Positions 36,988 through 46,770 of a stretch of 64,000 nucleotides of DNA are shown here, one piece after another. The position numbers and the translations under genes are program-made. Location of the stretch: positions 6,168 through 70,167 of the forward strand of contig CALXDF010000035.1 in NCBI GenBank assembly GCA_944386995.1, given 5' to 3'. Origin of the DNA: an uncultured Oscillospiraceae bacterium. Its GTDB lineage: Bacteria > Bacillota > Clostridia > Oscillospirales > Oscillospiraceae. Numbering within the stretch: position 1 is the stretch's first letter; the number at the start of each line of letters is the position of its first letter. The notes beneath the pieces are model-generated. The model was not told the DNA's origin, did no database searches, and was given only the letters and a program-made list of their open reading frames with translations.

Positions 36988-37836
36988 TCAAATGGTTTCC
37001 CGCGCTGCGGCGGGCATCTGTCTTTCATTTTCCTGGGAAATCCCCCGGCGCCGCTCTCCCTCCGCCGCCGCTCTGGCGTGATCCACAAAGATGGCACGGA
37101 TGGCCGGGTTCTCTCCAAGGCCCTCTATCTGGCAGGAGACGGCATAGCCCCGCTCCGCCAGCAGGTTTTTCCAGGAGTCCGGCTCCTCCCCTGCCAGATC
37201 GTTGCGGGCATGGTCACCGGCCACCACCATCAGCGGCACCAGAAGAACATTCGTTACACCCCCCTGTTCCTCCAGCCGGCGGCAGACCTCGTCAAAACCG
37301 GGATAGCCCTCCACCGTGCCGATGTGGATGTCCGTCCGGCCCATATCGTGGAGGACATACTCCAGCAATGCATAGACCGCGTTGGCGTGGTGCTCCGTAC
37401 CATGGCCCATATAGACGATCGCGCTGTCCTCCCGTTTCTCCGGCAGGCGCGCCAGCAGGGCCTTGGCTGCGGCGCGGTAGTCCTCGATCTCCGTCAGCAG
37501 CGGCGCGCCGAAGGTGAGCGACTGGAAGCGCTCCACAAAGGGCAGCGCGTGGGCCATCATCTTGTCCCGCTCCTCCCCGTTCATCACATGGGTGGACTGG
37601 AGGATCACATCGCTATAGCCGTTCGCTGCCAGCCGCTCCAGGGCCTCCTGGGTATTGTCGATCTGAATCCCGTCCCGCTCCCTGAGCCGCCGGATGATCA
37701 TGCCGCTGGTAAACGCGCGGTACAGGTCCCGGTCAGGGAATGCCGCCGCCAGGTCCCGTTCAATGGCGGCAATATTCTTCTCCAGCGTATCATGAAAGGT
37801 GGTGCCGAACGAGACCACCAACAGGGCTTTCTTCAT
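36988..37836 (-). CDS. cbiK: Sirohydrochlorin cobaltochelatase
   Basis: 282 aa. MKKALLVVSFGTT...IVYMGHGTEHHAN...LVPLMVVAGDHA is the CbiK two-lobe pattern, with His ligands. Confidence 0.85.
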   Translation of the reverse strand: MKKALLVVSFGTTFHDTLEKNIAAIERDLAAAFPDRDLYRAFTSGMIIRRLRERDGIQIDNTQEALERLAANGYSDVILQSTHVMNGEERDKMMAHALPFVERFQSLTFGAPLLTEIEDYRAAAKALLARLPEKREDSAIVYMGHGTEHHANAVYALLEYVLHDMGRTDIHIGTVEGYPGFDEVCRRLEEQGGVTNVLLVPLMVVAGDHARNDLAGEEPDSWKNLLAERGYAVSCQIEGLGENPAIRAIFVDHARAAAEGERRRGISQENERQMPAAARETI

Positions 37837-37854
37837 CGCGCTCCCTCCTGTTCC

Positions 37855-38505
37855 TTATTCCCGGGCGTTGCCGGAAGCCATATAGAGCATAGCGTTGCAG
37901 ATGGTGGCGGCGATGTTGCTGCCGCCCTTACGGCCCATGGCGATGATGTGTTCCCCGGGCATGGAGGCCAACAGCTCCTTGCTCTCCACCACATTGACAA
38001 ACCCTACCGGAACACCGATGATCAGGGCCGGAACGAATGTCCCCGCCTCCATCAGCTCACAGGCCCGCACCAGGGCAGTGGGTGCATTGCCGATGGCCAA
38101 AATCACCGGTCCCTTCAGCGCCGCAGCCCGCTCCATAGAAACTGTGGCCCGGGTCTCCCCCCGCGCCTTGGCCTCAGCGGCCACATCCTCATCGGACATG
38201 AAGCACACCGCCTGGCCGCCGAACTTTCCCAGCACCTTCTTGTTGATGCCGGAGCGGGCCATCTGGGTGTCCGTGACGATGGTGCATCCGCCCCGGATGG
38301 CAGCCAGCCCCGCCGCCACGGCGCCGGGCGTAAAACGCAGGTTTTTCACATAGTCAAAGTCCGCGCTGGTGTGGATACAGCGCTTGACGATGGGCATCTG
38401 TTCCGGCGTAAAGCTGTTGGGCCCCATTTCCTTTGCAATGATCTCCATGCTGCGCTGCTCGATCTCAGCGGGGGCCACCCGCTGCAGCTGAACTTTCATG
38501 GTCAT
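37855..38505 (-). CDS. cbiC: Cobalt-precorrin-8 methylmutase
   Basis: 216 aa. [11 protein letters not shown] and IGNAPTAL are signature blocks. Confidence 0.88.
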   Translation of the reverse strand: MTMKVQLQRVAPAEIEQRSMEIIAKEMGPNSFTPEQMPIVKRCIHTSADFDYVKNLRFTPGAVAAGLAAIRGGCTIVTDTQMARSGINKKVLGKFGGQAVCFMSDEDVAAEAKARGETRATVSMERAAALKGPVILAIGNAPTALVRACELMEAGTFVPALIIGVPVGFVNVVESKELLASMPGEHIIAMGRKGGSNIAATICNAMLYMASGNARE

Positions 38506-40004
38506 TCCTCCTTGTTGAGAATCCGGTAGATCCGGTCCATATCCAAAGCGGAGCGCAGACCCTCCGCCAGCTTGTCATACTGCTGCTGGGCATAGTCCGC
38601 CCAGTCGATGGCAGCGGTCTCCGCCGTCAGCCCCTTGGCCTTCAGCAGGCAGTTGATGAGGGCCGCGGCGCTCTCTCCTTTATCGAAGATCCCGTGGATA
38701 TAGCACCCCCAGATATTCCCGTCGGCCAGGCCATCCGCTTTGCGGACGCCGTTTTGATCCTCCAGAGTCAGGATCGGAGAGGCAGCGTTCTCCAGAGTCG
38801 TCTCCCCCATATGGATCTCATAGCCTGTAAAGGAAATACCCTTCATATCCCGGAAGATTCCTTGGCCGGCGGTGAAGGTACCGGTGACCTGGGTCCGGGT
38901 CTTCTCCCCAAGGAACACCGTGTGTTGAGGCAGAAGTCCCATGCCCCGGAGGGTCCCGCCTCCCTCTACGTGATCGGGATCGGATACCTCGCGCCCCAGC
39001 ATCTGGTAGCCACCGCAGATTCCGATGACCGCCCCGCCCCGCTCGGCATATTTCAGGATATTGGCCTCCATGCCGCTCTCCCGGAGCCAGCGGAGGTCGT
39101 CCATGGTATTCTTCGTCCCTGGCAGGATCACCAGGTCCGGATTTCCCAGCTCCCGGGGATCCCGGACATAGCGGACAGTGACCTGCTCCATGCGCTCCAG
39201 GGGGTTGAAATCCGTGAAGTTGGACAGCCGGGGCAGCCGTACCACGGCGATATCGATAAGGCCCACCTTGCCCCCCCGCTCCAGGCGGGTGGAGAGGGAG
39301 TCCTCGTCGTCCACATCCACATCCAGCATGGGGATCACCCCCAGCACAGGCTTGCCGGTCAGATCCTCCAGCTGCTTGAGGCCGGGGCGGAGAATCTCCA
39401 CATCCCCCCGGAACTTGTTGATGAGCAGGCCCTTGATCTGGTCCTGCTCCTCCGGGTCCAGCAGTTTTACCGTACCATACAGGGAGGCAAAGACGCCGCC
39501 CCGGTCGATGTCCCCGGCCAGCAGCACCGGCGCATCCGCCAATTTGGCCATGCCCATGTTAACGAAGTCATCCGCTTTCAGATTGATCTCCGCCGGAGAT
39601 CCGGCACCCTCGATGACGATGATGTCATAGGCCTCGTCCAACCGGCGGTAAGCCGCCATAATGTCCGGCAGGAGTTCCTTTTTATAGCGGTAGTAGTCCG
39701 CCGCCCCCATGGTGGCCCGGGGCACGCCGCAGACGATCACCTGGCTGCCCACGTTGCTGGTGGGCTTGAGGAGAATCGGGTTCATGTCCACCGAGGGTTC
39801 AATCCCGGCGGCCTGGGCCTGGACCACCTGGGCCCGGCCCATCTCAAACCCGTCGGCGGTGATGGCGGAGTTCAAGGCCATATTCTGGCTTTTGAAGGGG
39901 GCCACCTTGTAGCCATCCTGGGCAAAAATCCGGCACAATCCGGCGCACAGCAGGCTCTTGCCCGCGTTGGACGCCGTCCCCTGGATCATAATTGCTTTCG
40001 CCAT
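38502..40004 (-). CDS. cbiP: Cobyric acid synthase
   Basis: 500 aa from ATG 40004. [13 protein letters not shown] is the P-loop, and the C-terminal GATase domain has [10 protein letters not shown]. The ORF-track start at 40031 overlaps cobD. Confidence 0.9.
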   Translation of the reverse strand: MAKAIMIQGTASNAGKSLLCAGLCRIFAQDGYKVAPFKSQNMALNSAITADGFEMGRAQVVQAQAAGIEPSVDMNPILLKPTSNVGSQVIVCGVPRATMGAADYYRYKKELLPDIMAAYRRLDEAYDIIVIEGAGSPAEINLKADDFVNMGMAKLADAPVLLAGDIDRGGVFASLYGTVKLLDPEEQDQIKGLLINKFRGDVEILRPGLKQLEDLTGKPVLGVIPMLDVDVDDEDSLSTRLERGGKVGLIDIAVVRLPRLSNFTDFNPLERMEQVTVRYVRDPRELGNPDLVILPGTKNTMDDLRWLRESGMEANILKYAERGGAVIGICGGYQMLGREVSDPDHVEGGGTLRGMGLLPQHTVFLGEKTRTQVTGTFTAGQGIFRDMKGISFTGYEIHMGETTLENAASPILTLEDQNGVRKADGLADGNIWGCYIHGIFDKGESAAALINCLLKAKGLTAETAAIDWADYAQQQYDKLAEGLRSALDMDRIYRILNKEE

Positions 40005-40005
40005 C

Positions 40006-41040
40006 TCACAGTACCTCCCGCAATGCTGCAATCAACTGGTTGTTCTCCGCCTCCCGGCGGACGCAGACCCGATAAAAGTCCGGTCCCAGGCCGTGGTAAT
40101 TGGCGCAGGAGCGGATCAGGATGTTTCGCTCCAGAAGGCGCTCCTTCAAGTCCGCTACACCGGGCGCCCGGAACAGCAGGTAGTTGGCCTCCCCCGCCCA
40201 GACGGTACAGCCCAGGGCACGGAGGTTTTCCAGCAGCCTGGGCCGCTGGACGCGGAGGATCTCCCGTCCCCGCTCCGGCCAGTCCCGGCAGGCACAGGCG
40301 GCAATTCCCGCAGCCTGCGCCACGTTGTACATGCTCCAGGGCTGCGCACCGTCATCCAGCCGCTCCATCAGAACGCTGTCGCTGCACAGGCCATAGCCCA
40401 GCCGGAGCCCGGGGACAGCATAGGTTTTCGTGAAAGCCCGGAGCAGGAACAGGTGCGGATTTCCATCCACCGCACAGGCCATCCCTGATCCATCGGTCAG
40501 ATCGATAAAGCACTCGTCCAGCACCAGACGGGTCTGCGTCTCGGCGCAGCGGCAGAGAATCTGCTCCAGCAAATCCCGGCCGATAAGCCGTCCGGTTGGG
40601 TTGTTGGGGCAGCAGAGGAAGAGCAGGTCCACTTCTGGAACGATGGCCTCCAGAATGGAGGCGTCCAGATCAAACTGCCGCTCCGCCGGCAGCTGGTACC
40701 GCTCCACTGCGCAGCCTGCCAGCCGGAGTCCCTCCTCGTATTCCGAGAAGGTGGGCGCCGTCACCAGGGCGTGCCGGGGCTGCAGCGTCAGGCACAGCCG
40801 GAAGATCAGGTCCGCTGCGCCGTTGCCGCAGATGACCTGTTCTGCCGTCACACCGTCCCGTTCCGCAATAGCGGCCCGCAGTTCCCGGCACAGGGGATCC
40901 GGGTAGTGGATGGCCTCCGTCACTGCCTCCCGGGCAGCCTGGGCCACCTGGGGCGGCATCCCCAGAGGATGTAGGTTGGCAGAGAAATCCAGAACGCCGC
41001 TGTGGGTCCAGATATCGCCGCCGTGGGTATACGTTGGCAA
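40006..41040 (-). CDS. cobD: Threonine-phosphate decarboxylase (class I/II aminotransferase fold)
   Basis: HGGDIW...[13 protein letters not shown] is the typical CobD N-terminus. I prefer TTG 41040, 8 nt after AAGGAGG. The ORF-track start at 41079 is also a TTG, without an RBS. Confidence 0.85.
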   Translation of the reverse strand: MPTYTHGGDIWTHSGVLDFSANLHPLGMPPQVAQAAREAVTEAIHYPDPLCRELRAAIAERDGVTAEQVICGNGAADLIFRLCLTLQPRHALVTAPTFSEYEEGLRLAGCAVERYQLPAERQFDLDASILEAIVPEVDLLFLCCPNNPTGRLIGRDLLEQILCRCAETQTRLVLDECFIDLTDGSGMACAVDGNPHLFLLRAFTKTYAVPGLRLGYGLCSDSVLMERLDDGAQPWSMYNVAQAAGIAACACRDWPERGREILRVQRPRLLENLRALGCTVWAGEANYLLFRAPGVADLKERLLERNILIRSCANYHGLGPDFYRVCVRREAENNQLIAALREVL

Positions 41041-41100
41041 GGGGGATTCCTCCTTGTAATTGACAAATGGAACAAACAAAACCGTCTTGTTTTCTCCGGC

Positions 41101-42066
41101 TCAGCAGACCAGCCAGAGGATCAGGTAGGCGGCACAGACCAGCAGCAGCGCCAGAAAGGCCGCTGCAAACATCAGGCGGTTGGCACGGCGGATATCCTCC
41201 ACCTCCACGGGCCGCAGGGCGTCGCCAATGGTGGGCTTCTCCACCAGCTGTCCAAAGTAATAATTGCTTCCCGCCAGCTGCACATCCAGGGCGCCTGCCG
41301 TGGCCGCCTCTGTGTGGGCGGAGTTGGGGGACTTGTGGTTCAAACGGTCCCGGCGGAACATGCGCCAGGCATTCCGCCCATCCTGGCCCACCAGCGGCGC
41401 GGCCAGGCACATCAGGGCCCCCGCCAGCCTTGCGGGGATAAAATTCAGCACATCGTCCCATTTGGCAGCGCAGGTGCCAAAGTCGCGGTACTGGTCATTT
41501 TTGTATCCCACCATGGAGTCCATGGTGTTGGCCGCTTTATAAAAGATCCCCAGGGGGGCGCCGCCGATGGCCAGGAACAGCAGCGGGGCGATCACCCCGT
41601 CGGAGGCGTTTTCCGCTACCGTTTCTACGGCAGCCTTCGCCACCCCCGTCTTATCCAGACGCTCCGTGTCCCGCCCCACGATCATGGACACCGCGTGCCG
41701 GGCCTCCTGGAGTGTCCCGGCTTTCAAAGACCGGTAGACTTTCATGCTCTCATCCCGGAGAGACCGTGCCGCCAGGCACTGGTAACAGAGGATCGCCTCC
41801 GCTGCAAAGCGGAGCCACGGGCTCACAAGGGTGCATAGAGCCAGGATGCCCACCGTCATACCGGTGGATATGACCAGCACCAGCACCACCAGTGCGAGGC
41901 CTGCCGCCCGCTCTCCCTTTGGCGTGGCAGGAAACACACGGCGCAGGAGCTTTTCCAATCCGGCGATCAGAGCCCCGATGGCCCGCACCGGATGGGGCGC
42001 CCAGTGTGGATCCCCCAACAGCAGGTCCAGCAGGCACCCCGCCACCAGGGCCGCAAACTGTTCCAT
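41101..42066 (-). CDS. cbiB: Adenosylcobinamide-phosphate synthase
   Basis: 321 aa membrane protein from ATG 42066. DLLLGDPHWAPHPVRAIG is the CbiB/CobD-family N-terminal motif. Confidence 0.88.
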   Translation of the reverse strand: MEQFAALVAGCLLDLLLGDPHWAPHPVRAIGALIAGLEKLLRRVFPATPKGERAAGLALVVLVLVISTGMTVGILALCTLVSPWLRFAAEAILCYQCLAARSLRDESMKVYRSLKAGTLQEARHAVSMIVGRDTERLDKTGVAKAAVETVAENASDGVIAPLLFLAIGGAPLGIFYKAANTMDSMVGYKNDQYRDFGTCAAKWDDVLNFIPARLAGALMCLAAPLVGQDGRNAWRMFRRDRLNHKSPNSAHTEAATAGALDVQLAGSNYYFGQLVEKPTIGDALRPVEVEDIRRANRLMFAAAFLALLLVCAAYLILWLVC

Positions 42067-42659
42067 CACAGGGCGCCCCCTCCTACCGCTTCCAGAATCT
42101 CCAGGGTCAGCGGTTCCTCCTGCACCCGTGCGCGGTATCCCCCGCAATTGGCGCACATCCAGTCATAGTAATCCCGCTTCGGCCGGCCGAACCGCCAGAG
42201 CAAACCCATCAGCGTGCCGCCGTGGCTTACCACGCCCACGCGCTCATAGCCGTGCTCTTTCGCGTCCGTCAGCAGGATCCGCAAGCCCTCGCTGGCCCGC
42301 TCCACCGCTGCTTCTGCGCTCTCCCCCACAGGGATCTTGGCAAAATCCGCAGTAGTGATCCACTGCTGGTAAAGGGGATCATCCTTCAGCTCCTCGTGAT
42401 TTTTCCCCTCAAAGGGGCCGAAGTCTGTCTCCCGCAGCTGCCCGATCACCGTCTTTTCCGCATCCGGCCACAGCAGGTCGGCTGTCTGCTGACAGCGGAG
42501 CAGCGGGCTCCGATAGACATGGTCCACCGCAGGCAGGGTGGGGCCCACCTGCCGCGCCAGTTCCTCCCCCTCCGGTGCCAGGGGCACATCCAGCACGCCG
42601 ATGAAGCGCCGCTCCTTATTCCCTTCGGTGGTGCCGTGGCGAATCAAAATCAATTCCAT
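42066..42659 (-). CDS. cobC: Histidine-phosphatase family protein (alpha-ribazole phosphatase)
   Basis: 197 aa from ATG 42659, behind AAAGGAG. LILIRHGTTEGN carries the RHG catalytic motif. The context is the nucleotide-loop genes. Confidence 0.8.
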   Translation of the reverse strand: MELILIRHGTTEGNKERRFIGVLDVPLAPEGEELARQVGPTLPAVDHVYRSPLLRCQQTADLLWPDAEKTVIGQLRETDFGPFEGKNHEELKDDPLYQQWITTADFAKIPVGESAEAAVERASEGLRILLTDAKEHGYERVGVVSHGGTLMGLLWRFGRPKRDYYDWMCANCGGYRARVQEEPLTLEILEAVGGGAL

Positions 42660-43018
42660 TCCGGTTCTCCTTTTAGAATGCTCGGGATCCCGCAATACAT
42701 GCGGATCACACAGTCCGCCCGCTCCGCCAGAGTGCAGCAGGTTCGGCCCACCCGCTCCCGCCAGGCCCGGTCATCCCGGTCCATGGGGACCACGCCGCTG
42801 CCCACCTCATTGCAGAGGATCACCACATGGGGCCGCTCTTTCAGCAGGCGCTCCAAGACAGGTATTGGCTCCGTTTCTCCCCGCAGCCAAGTCTCCAGGC
42901 CAGTCAAAACAGTTTTTGCCGCCTCGGGGTCATAGGAAACTTCGTCTTTTCCCACATGGAGCTGGGACAGGACATACTCCAGTTTTCCCTGACCCGCACC
43001 ACCAATCACCAATGTCAT
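42650..43018 (-). CDS. Short, degenerate CobU/CobP-like protein (122 aa)
   Basis: The N-terminus MTLVIGGAGQGKLEY resembles the CobU P-loop, but Leu replaces the Ser/Thr. The C-terminus VVILCNEVGSGVVPMDRDDRAWRERVGRTCCTLAERADCVIRMYCGIP aligns with the CobU C-terminal half. The central ~60 aa, including the guanylyl-His region, are absent. Confidence 0.65.
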   Translation of the reverse strand: MTLVIGGAGQGKLEYVLSQLHVGKDEVSYDPEAAKTVLTGLETWLRGETEPIPVLERLLKERPHVVILCNEVGSGVVPMDRDDRAWRERVGRTCCTLAERADCVIRMYCGIPSILKGEPEWN

Positions 43019-43779
43019 CACACACCCCACACTTTCTGCCCGATCAGCACAGCCAGCACCATGACGCACTCACACAGCTGAAGGAAAAATCCCTCCGTGT
43101 CGCCGGTGATGCCGCCGAACTGACGATAGGCCATCACGCGGTAATAGAGGAACGTCACCGCGGCTCCCAGCACCGCAGCGCCTCCCAGGACAGGGTTTAT
43201 CAACAGCATGGCGCCCGCCGTGAAAAGTACCATCAGGCACAAGATGACCTGAGCCCATTTCCCGTCCACCGGCTCGGTAAACGTCGCCAAGAGGCCGCTG
43301 CCCCGGGCGTTCTTCCAGGACACCCCGGCAAGGCCCGAGAGGCTGCGGCTGAGCACCGGCGAGAGGGCCAGCACCAGGGCGCTCTCCCCGGCGGTATCCA
43401 GTTCCCGCCAGAGGGCGTAAAACACCAATAGGTAGAGGCCGCAGCAGATGATGGCAAAGGCCCCGGTATGGCTGTCCTTTAAAATCTCCAGCTTCCGCTC
43501 CCGGCTCTGGTGGCTGGAGAGGGCGTCACAGGTGTCGCAGAACCCGTCCAGGTGGATGCACCCGGAGAGGGCCAGGGGCAGTGCTACCGCCCCGGCAGCC
43601 TTCAGGGCTGTAAACCCCAGGAAATCTGCCAGCACCAGCCATCCATAGAGCACCGCGCCGATGACCACCCCCACCAGGGGGAAGGCGCACAGCGCCCAGC
43701 TGAGGGAGCGCTTGTCCCACTCCACATGGGGCATGGGGATCTTGGAGTACATGGCAAAGGCGATGACAATGGACTTCAT
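43018..43779 (-). CDS. cobS: Adenosylcobinamide-GDP ribazoletransferase (cobalamin synthase)
   Basis: 253 aa polytopic membrane protein. AFAMYSKIPMP and HLDGFCDTCDAL are CobS signature blocks. Confidence 0.88.
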   Translation of the reverse strand: MKSIVIAFAMYSKIPMPHVEWDKRSLSWALCAFPLVGVVIGAVLYGWLVLADFLGFTALKAAGAVALPLALSGCIHLDGFCDTCDALSSHQSRERKLEILKDSHTGAFAIICCGLYLLVFYALWRELDTAGESALVLALSPVLSRSLSGLAGVSWKNARGSGLLATFTEPVDGKWAQVILCLMVLFTAGAMLLINPVLGGAAVLGAAVTFLYYRVMAYRQFGGITGDTEGFFLQLCECVMVLAVLIGQKVWGV

Positions 43780-44330
43780 GGCTGACGCGCTCCTTTGATA
43801 TCGGGATTTCCTTTGTGCAGGATGGGAATGCCGCAGACCACCTCGTAGACCTGATCGGCCATGGCCGCAGCGGCACAGTTGAGGGCCGCCAGGGCCCGGA
43901 GATATTCCGCTGTCCCGGCGTCGTAGTCCATGCCGTCGGAGAAGAGGTCATTGCCCACAATCACAGTGAGGGCCGCCTGACTTTTCAGCCGCTCCAAGCC
44001 CCGGAGGACATGCTCCGCAGCAGTCTTCGGATCCCCATCCTGTTCCCCGGTACCGAACCACTCGTTGGCAAACAGGTTCGTGAGATCCTCCAGCAGAGCC
44101 GCACAGCCTGTCGGCACGTTGATGTCCGCCAGTCCCCGGAGTTTCTCAATGGTGGCAAATCCCTTCCCCGCCCGCAGGGCGCGGTGCCGGGCAATGCGGG
44201 CCTGCCCCTCCGCCCCAAAGGGGACCATAGTGGCGATATAAGCCCGGTGCTCCAGTCCGCTCCGGACAACCAGGCTCTCGGCAAAGGCAGACTTCCCGCT
44301 GCCGGAGCCGCCGCTCACATAAATCAGCAT
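43776..44330 (-). CDS. cobU: Bifunctional adenosylcobinamide kinase / adenosylcobinamide-phosphate guanylyltransferase
   Basis: 184 aa from ATG 44330. MLIYVSGGSGSGKSAFAE is the P-loop, IARHRALR holds the candidate guanylyl-His, and the C-terminal block is VIVGNDLFSDGMDYD. Confidence 0.88.
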   Translation of the reverse strand: MLIYVSGGSGSGKSAFAESLVVRSGLEHRAYIATMVPFGAEGQARIARHRALRAGKGFATIEKLRGLADINVPTGCAALLEDLTNLFANEWFGTGEQDGDPKTAAEHVLRGLERLKSQAALTVIVGNDLFSDGMDYDAGTAEYLRALAALNCAAAAMADQVYEVVCGIPILHKGNPDIKGARQP

Positions 44331-44332
44331 GT

Positions 44333-45391
44333 TCAGGTCAGATGCTCGTAGGCATCGATATTGATATCCGAGAAGGAGGACATCTCCCGATACATGGCCA
44401 GAGCCATGTCCAACAAAGGGATCACCGCTACCGCACCTGTCCCCTCCCCCAGACACATTCTGGCGTAGAGGAACGGTTCAAGGCCCAAGGCCTCCAGCAC
44501 CATCTTCCCGGCGGGCTCATTGGATGCGTGGCTGGCCAGCATATAGTCCAGGGCCGCAGGGCACAGACGCGCCGCCGCCAAGGCGGACACCGAGGAGATA
44601 AACCCGTCGATCAGAACCGGCACATGGTACAGCGCTCCGCCCAGGAACACGCCCATCAGGCCAGCGATATCCAGGCCGCCCACCTTGGAGACCGTATCCA
44701 CCGGGTCACTGGGATCCGGACAGTTGACAGCAATGCCCCGCCGGATGGCGTCCACCTTCCGGCGGAGGCCATCGGTGGAAAGGCCCGCGCCCCGGCCGGT
44801 GACCTCCTCTGCCTCCCGGCCCAGCAGCACAGAGGCTACCGCAGCGGAGGTCGTGGTGTTTCCAATGCCCATCTCTCCGGTGGCCAGCAGGCGGTAACCC
44901 TGATCTACTAGGTCTTTTACTACTTCTACGCCAACGAGGATCGCGCGCTCGCACTCCTCCCGGGTCATAGCCGGTTCCACCGCCAAGTCGGCAGTGCCGC
45001 GCCGGATATTCCGCTGCAGGATCTTCCCGGCCATTACTGGAACAGCCACGCCGATATCCACCGGCACCACATCCGCCCCGGCCACTCTGCCCATGCGGCA
45101 GACGCTGGAGGTGCCCCGGCCCATGTTCTCAGCGATGATGGCCGTAACATCCTGCCCGGACTGGGTAACGCCCTCAGCCACAACGCCGTTATCCGCACAC
45201 ATGGCTACCACTGCCCGCTTGGCGATGTCCACATCGGCCGTACCGCTGGCACCGGCGATGCGGACAATGGCATCCTCCAGCAGCCCCAAGCTGTTCAGGG
45301 GGTGGGCCACCGTGTCCCAGTGGGCCCGGGCAGCGGCCATGGCCGCCTGGTCGGCGGGTTTGATCTGTGAAACGACTTCCTGTAATGTCAT
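44333..45391 (-). CDS. cobT: Nicotinate-nucleotide--dimethylbenzimidazole phosphoribosyltransferase
   Basis: 352 aa from ATG 45391. LNSLGLLED, GEMGIGNTT and GEGTGA are CobT signature blocks. Confidence 0.9.
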   Translation of the reverse strand: MTLQEVVSQIKPADQAAMAAARAHWDTVAHPLNSLGLLEDAIVRIAGASGTADVDIAKRAVVAMCADNGVVAEGVTQSGQDVTAIIAENMGRGTSSVCRMGRVAGADVVPVDIGVAVPVMAGKILQRNIRRGTADLAVEPAMTREECERAILVGVEVVKDLVDQGYRLLATGEMGIGNTTTSAAVASVLLGREAEEVTGRGAGLSTDGLRRKVDAIRRGIAVNCPDPSDPVDTVSKVGGLDIAGLMGVFLGGALYHVPVLIDGFISSVSALAAARLCPAALDYMLASHASNEPAGKMVLEALGLEPFLYARMCLGEGTGAVAVIPLLDMALAMYREMSSFSDINIDAYEHLT

Positions 45392-46770
45392 AGCGATCCC
45401 TTCTTTTTCTGAAAATCGTATTCCGCGCACTTGGCCACATACCGCGCCGCCGCATCCGGGGCGGCGCAGAGGTGGAAGTGGGGGAATCCCGCGTACATGG
45501 TCTCCGTGTGATAGGCGCAGTCCCAGCCCCGGTCGGACTGGGGCTTTTGGGCGTGGAAATCCGCTCCCGGGGCGCCGCTCTCCCAGTAGTGGAACTCATG
45601 GGCGGGAAATGATGTCCCCGCCGGTCCCAGGAGTCCGTCCGTCCGGGCAGTCAGCGTCACATACCCAAAGCGGCGCAGCCGGTCCGTCCGGGTGGCGGGG
45701 GTGTGGATCACCCCGGCCATGGGCCTGGCCACCCCTTCCGCATCCTCCAGGGTATCGTGGAGGTAAAGGAACCCGCCGCACTCGGCGATTGCGGGCATCC
45801 CCGCACCGATCGCCTCCCGGATCGCCGCCAGCATGGCGGTGTTCTCCGAGAGCTCCCGGGTATAGAGCTCCGGGTACCCCCCGCCCAGGTACAGCCCCGC
45901 ACAGCCCTCCGGCAGCGCGGTATCCCGCAGGGGGGAGAATTCTACCAGCTCCGCCCCCAGCCGCTCCAGGAGATGGAGCGCATCGGCGTAATAAAAACAA
46001 AAGGCGTTGTCTTTGGCTATGGCAATCCGGGGCCGTCCCACAACGGGCTCAGGCAGCGCCATGGGTGTTGCGTCCAGATCCGGAGAGCTTTGGGCCAGGG
46101 CCAGCAGGCCCTCCAGATCTACATGATCCCGCACCAGCCCCGCCAGCACAGAGAGCTTCTCCCGCAGTCCCGTCACCTCCGCAGCGGTGACCAGCCCCAG
46201 GTGCCGGCTCTCCAGGGCGCAGTCCGGCCGCTCGGGGAGAAATCCGTAGACATGGATTCCGACCTCCCGCTCGATGGCCTCTTTCAGCCGGGGATAAAGC
46301 ATGGGGGAAATGCGGTTGAGGAGGACCCCCCGGATGTTGGCGTCCGGGCGGAACTCCGCCATCCCTTTCACCAGCGCAGCCGCCGACAGGGCCCTTCCCC
46401 GTCCGTCCAGCACCAGCACAGCAGGCGTTCCGGTCTCCCGGGCCAGATCATAGGCGCTGGCGTCGCTGGTCATGGCAATGCCGTCGTAGTAGCCCATGAC
46501 CCCCTCGATGATGCTGACACCGCCGGTGGCGCCGTTTTCATAGAGCAGGGCGCGGGTGGTGTCCCGCCCCAGGAAAAACAAATCCAGGTTCCTTGACTTG
46601 GCGCCGATGACCTCGCTGTGGAACATGGGGTCGATATAGTCCGGCCCGCACTTAAAGGCTACCGGCTTGACACCCTGCTCCACCAAAGCCTGGAGAATGG
46701 CGCAGGTCATGGTGGTCTTGCCGCCGCCGCTGGCGGGGGCACAGAGCAGGATCCGCGGCAGATTACTCAT
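45388..46770 (-). CDS. cbiA: Cobyrinate a,c-diamide synthase
   Basis: 460 aa. The ASGGGKTT P-loop and the C-terminal GATase domain with AECGGFLYL are present. Confidence 0.9.
   Translation of the reverse strand: MSNLPRILLCAPASGGGKTTMTCAILQALVEQGVKPVAFKCGPDYIDPMFHSEVIGAKSRNLDLFFLGRDTTRALLYENGATGGVSIIEGVMGYYDGIAMTSDASAYDLARETGTPAVLVLDGRGRALSAAALVKGMAEFRPDANIRGVLLNRISPMLYPRLKEAIEREVGIHVYGFLPERPDCALESRHLGLVTAAEVTGLREKLSVLAGLVRDHVDLEGLLALAQSSPDLDATPMALPEPVVGRPRIAIAKDNAFCFYYADALHLLERLGAELVEFSPLRDTALPEGCAGLYLGGGYPELYTRELSENTAMLAAIREAIGAGMPAIAECGGFLYLHDTLEDAEGVARPMAGVIHTPATRTDRLRRFGYVTLTARTDGLLGPAGTSFPAHEFHYWESGAPGADFHAQKPQSDRGWDCAYHTETMYAGFPHFHLCAAPDAAARYVAKCAEYDFQKKKGSL

Noticed and set aside
34615-38529. 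1304-aa ORF on the plus strand, the longest in the ORF track
   Set aside because: It is antisense to six well-recognised minus-strand genes (the start of sirC, the TIGR04076-like gene, hemA, cbiL, cbiK, cbiC). Its translation is Arg/Gly/His/Pro/Gln/Leu-rich low-information sequence with no recognisable motif and no RBS. This is the classic stop-codon-poor shadow frame of high-GC coding DNA.
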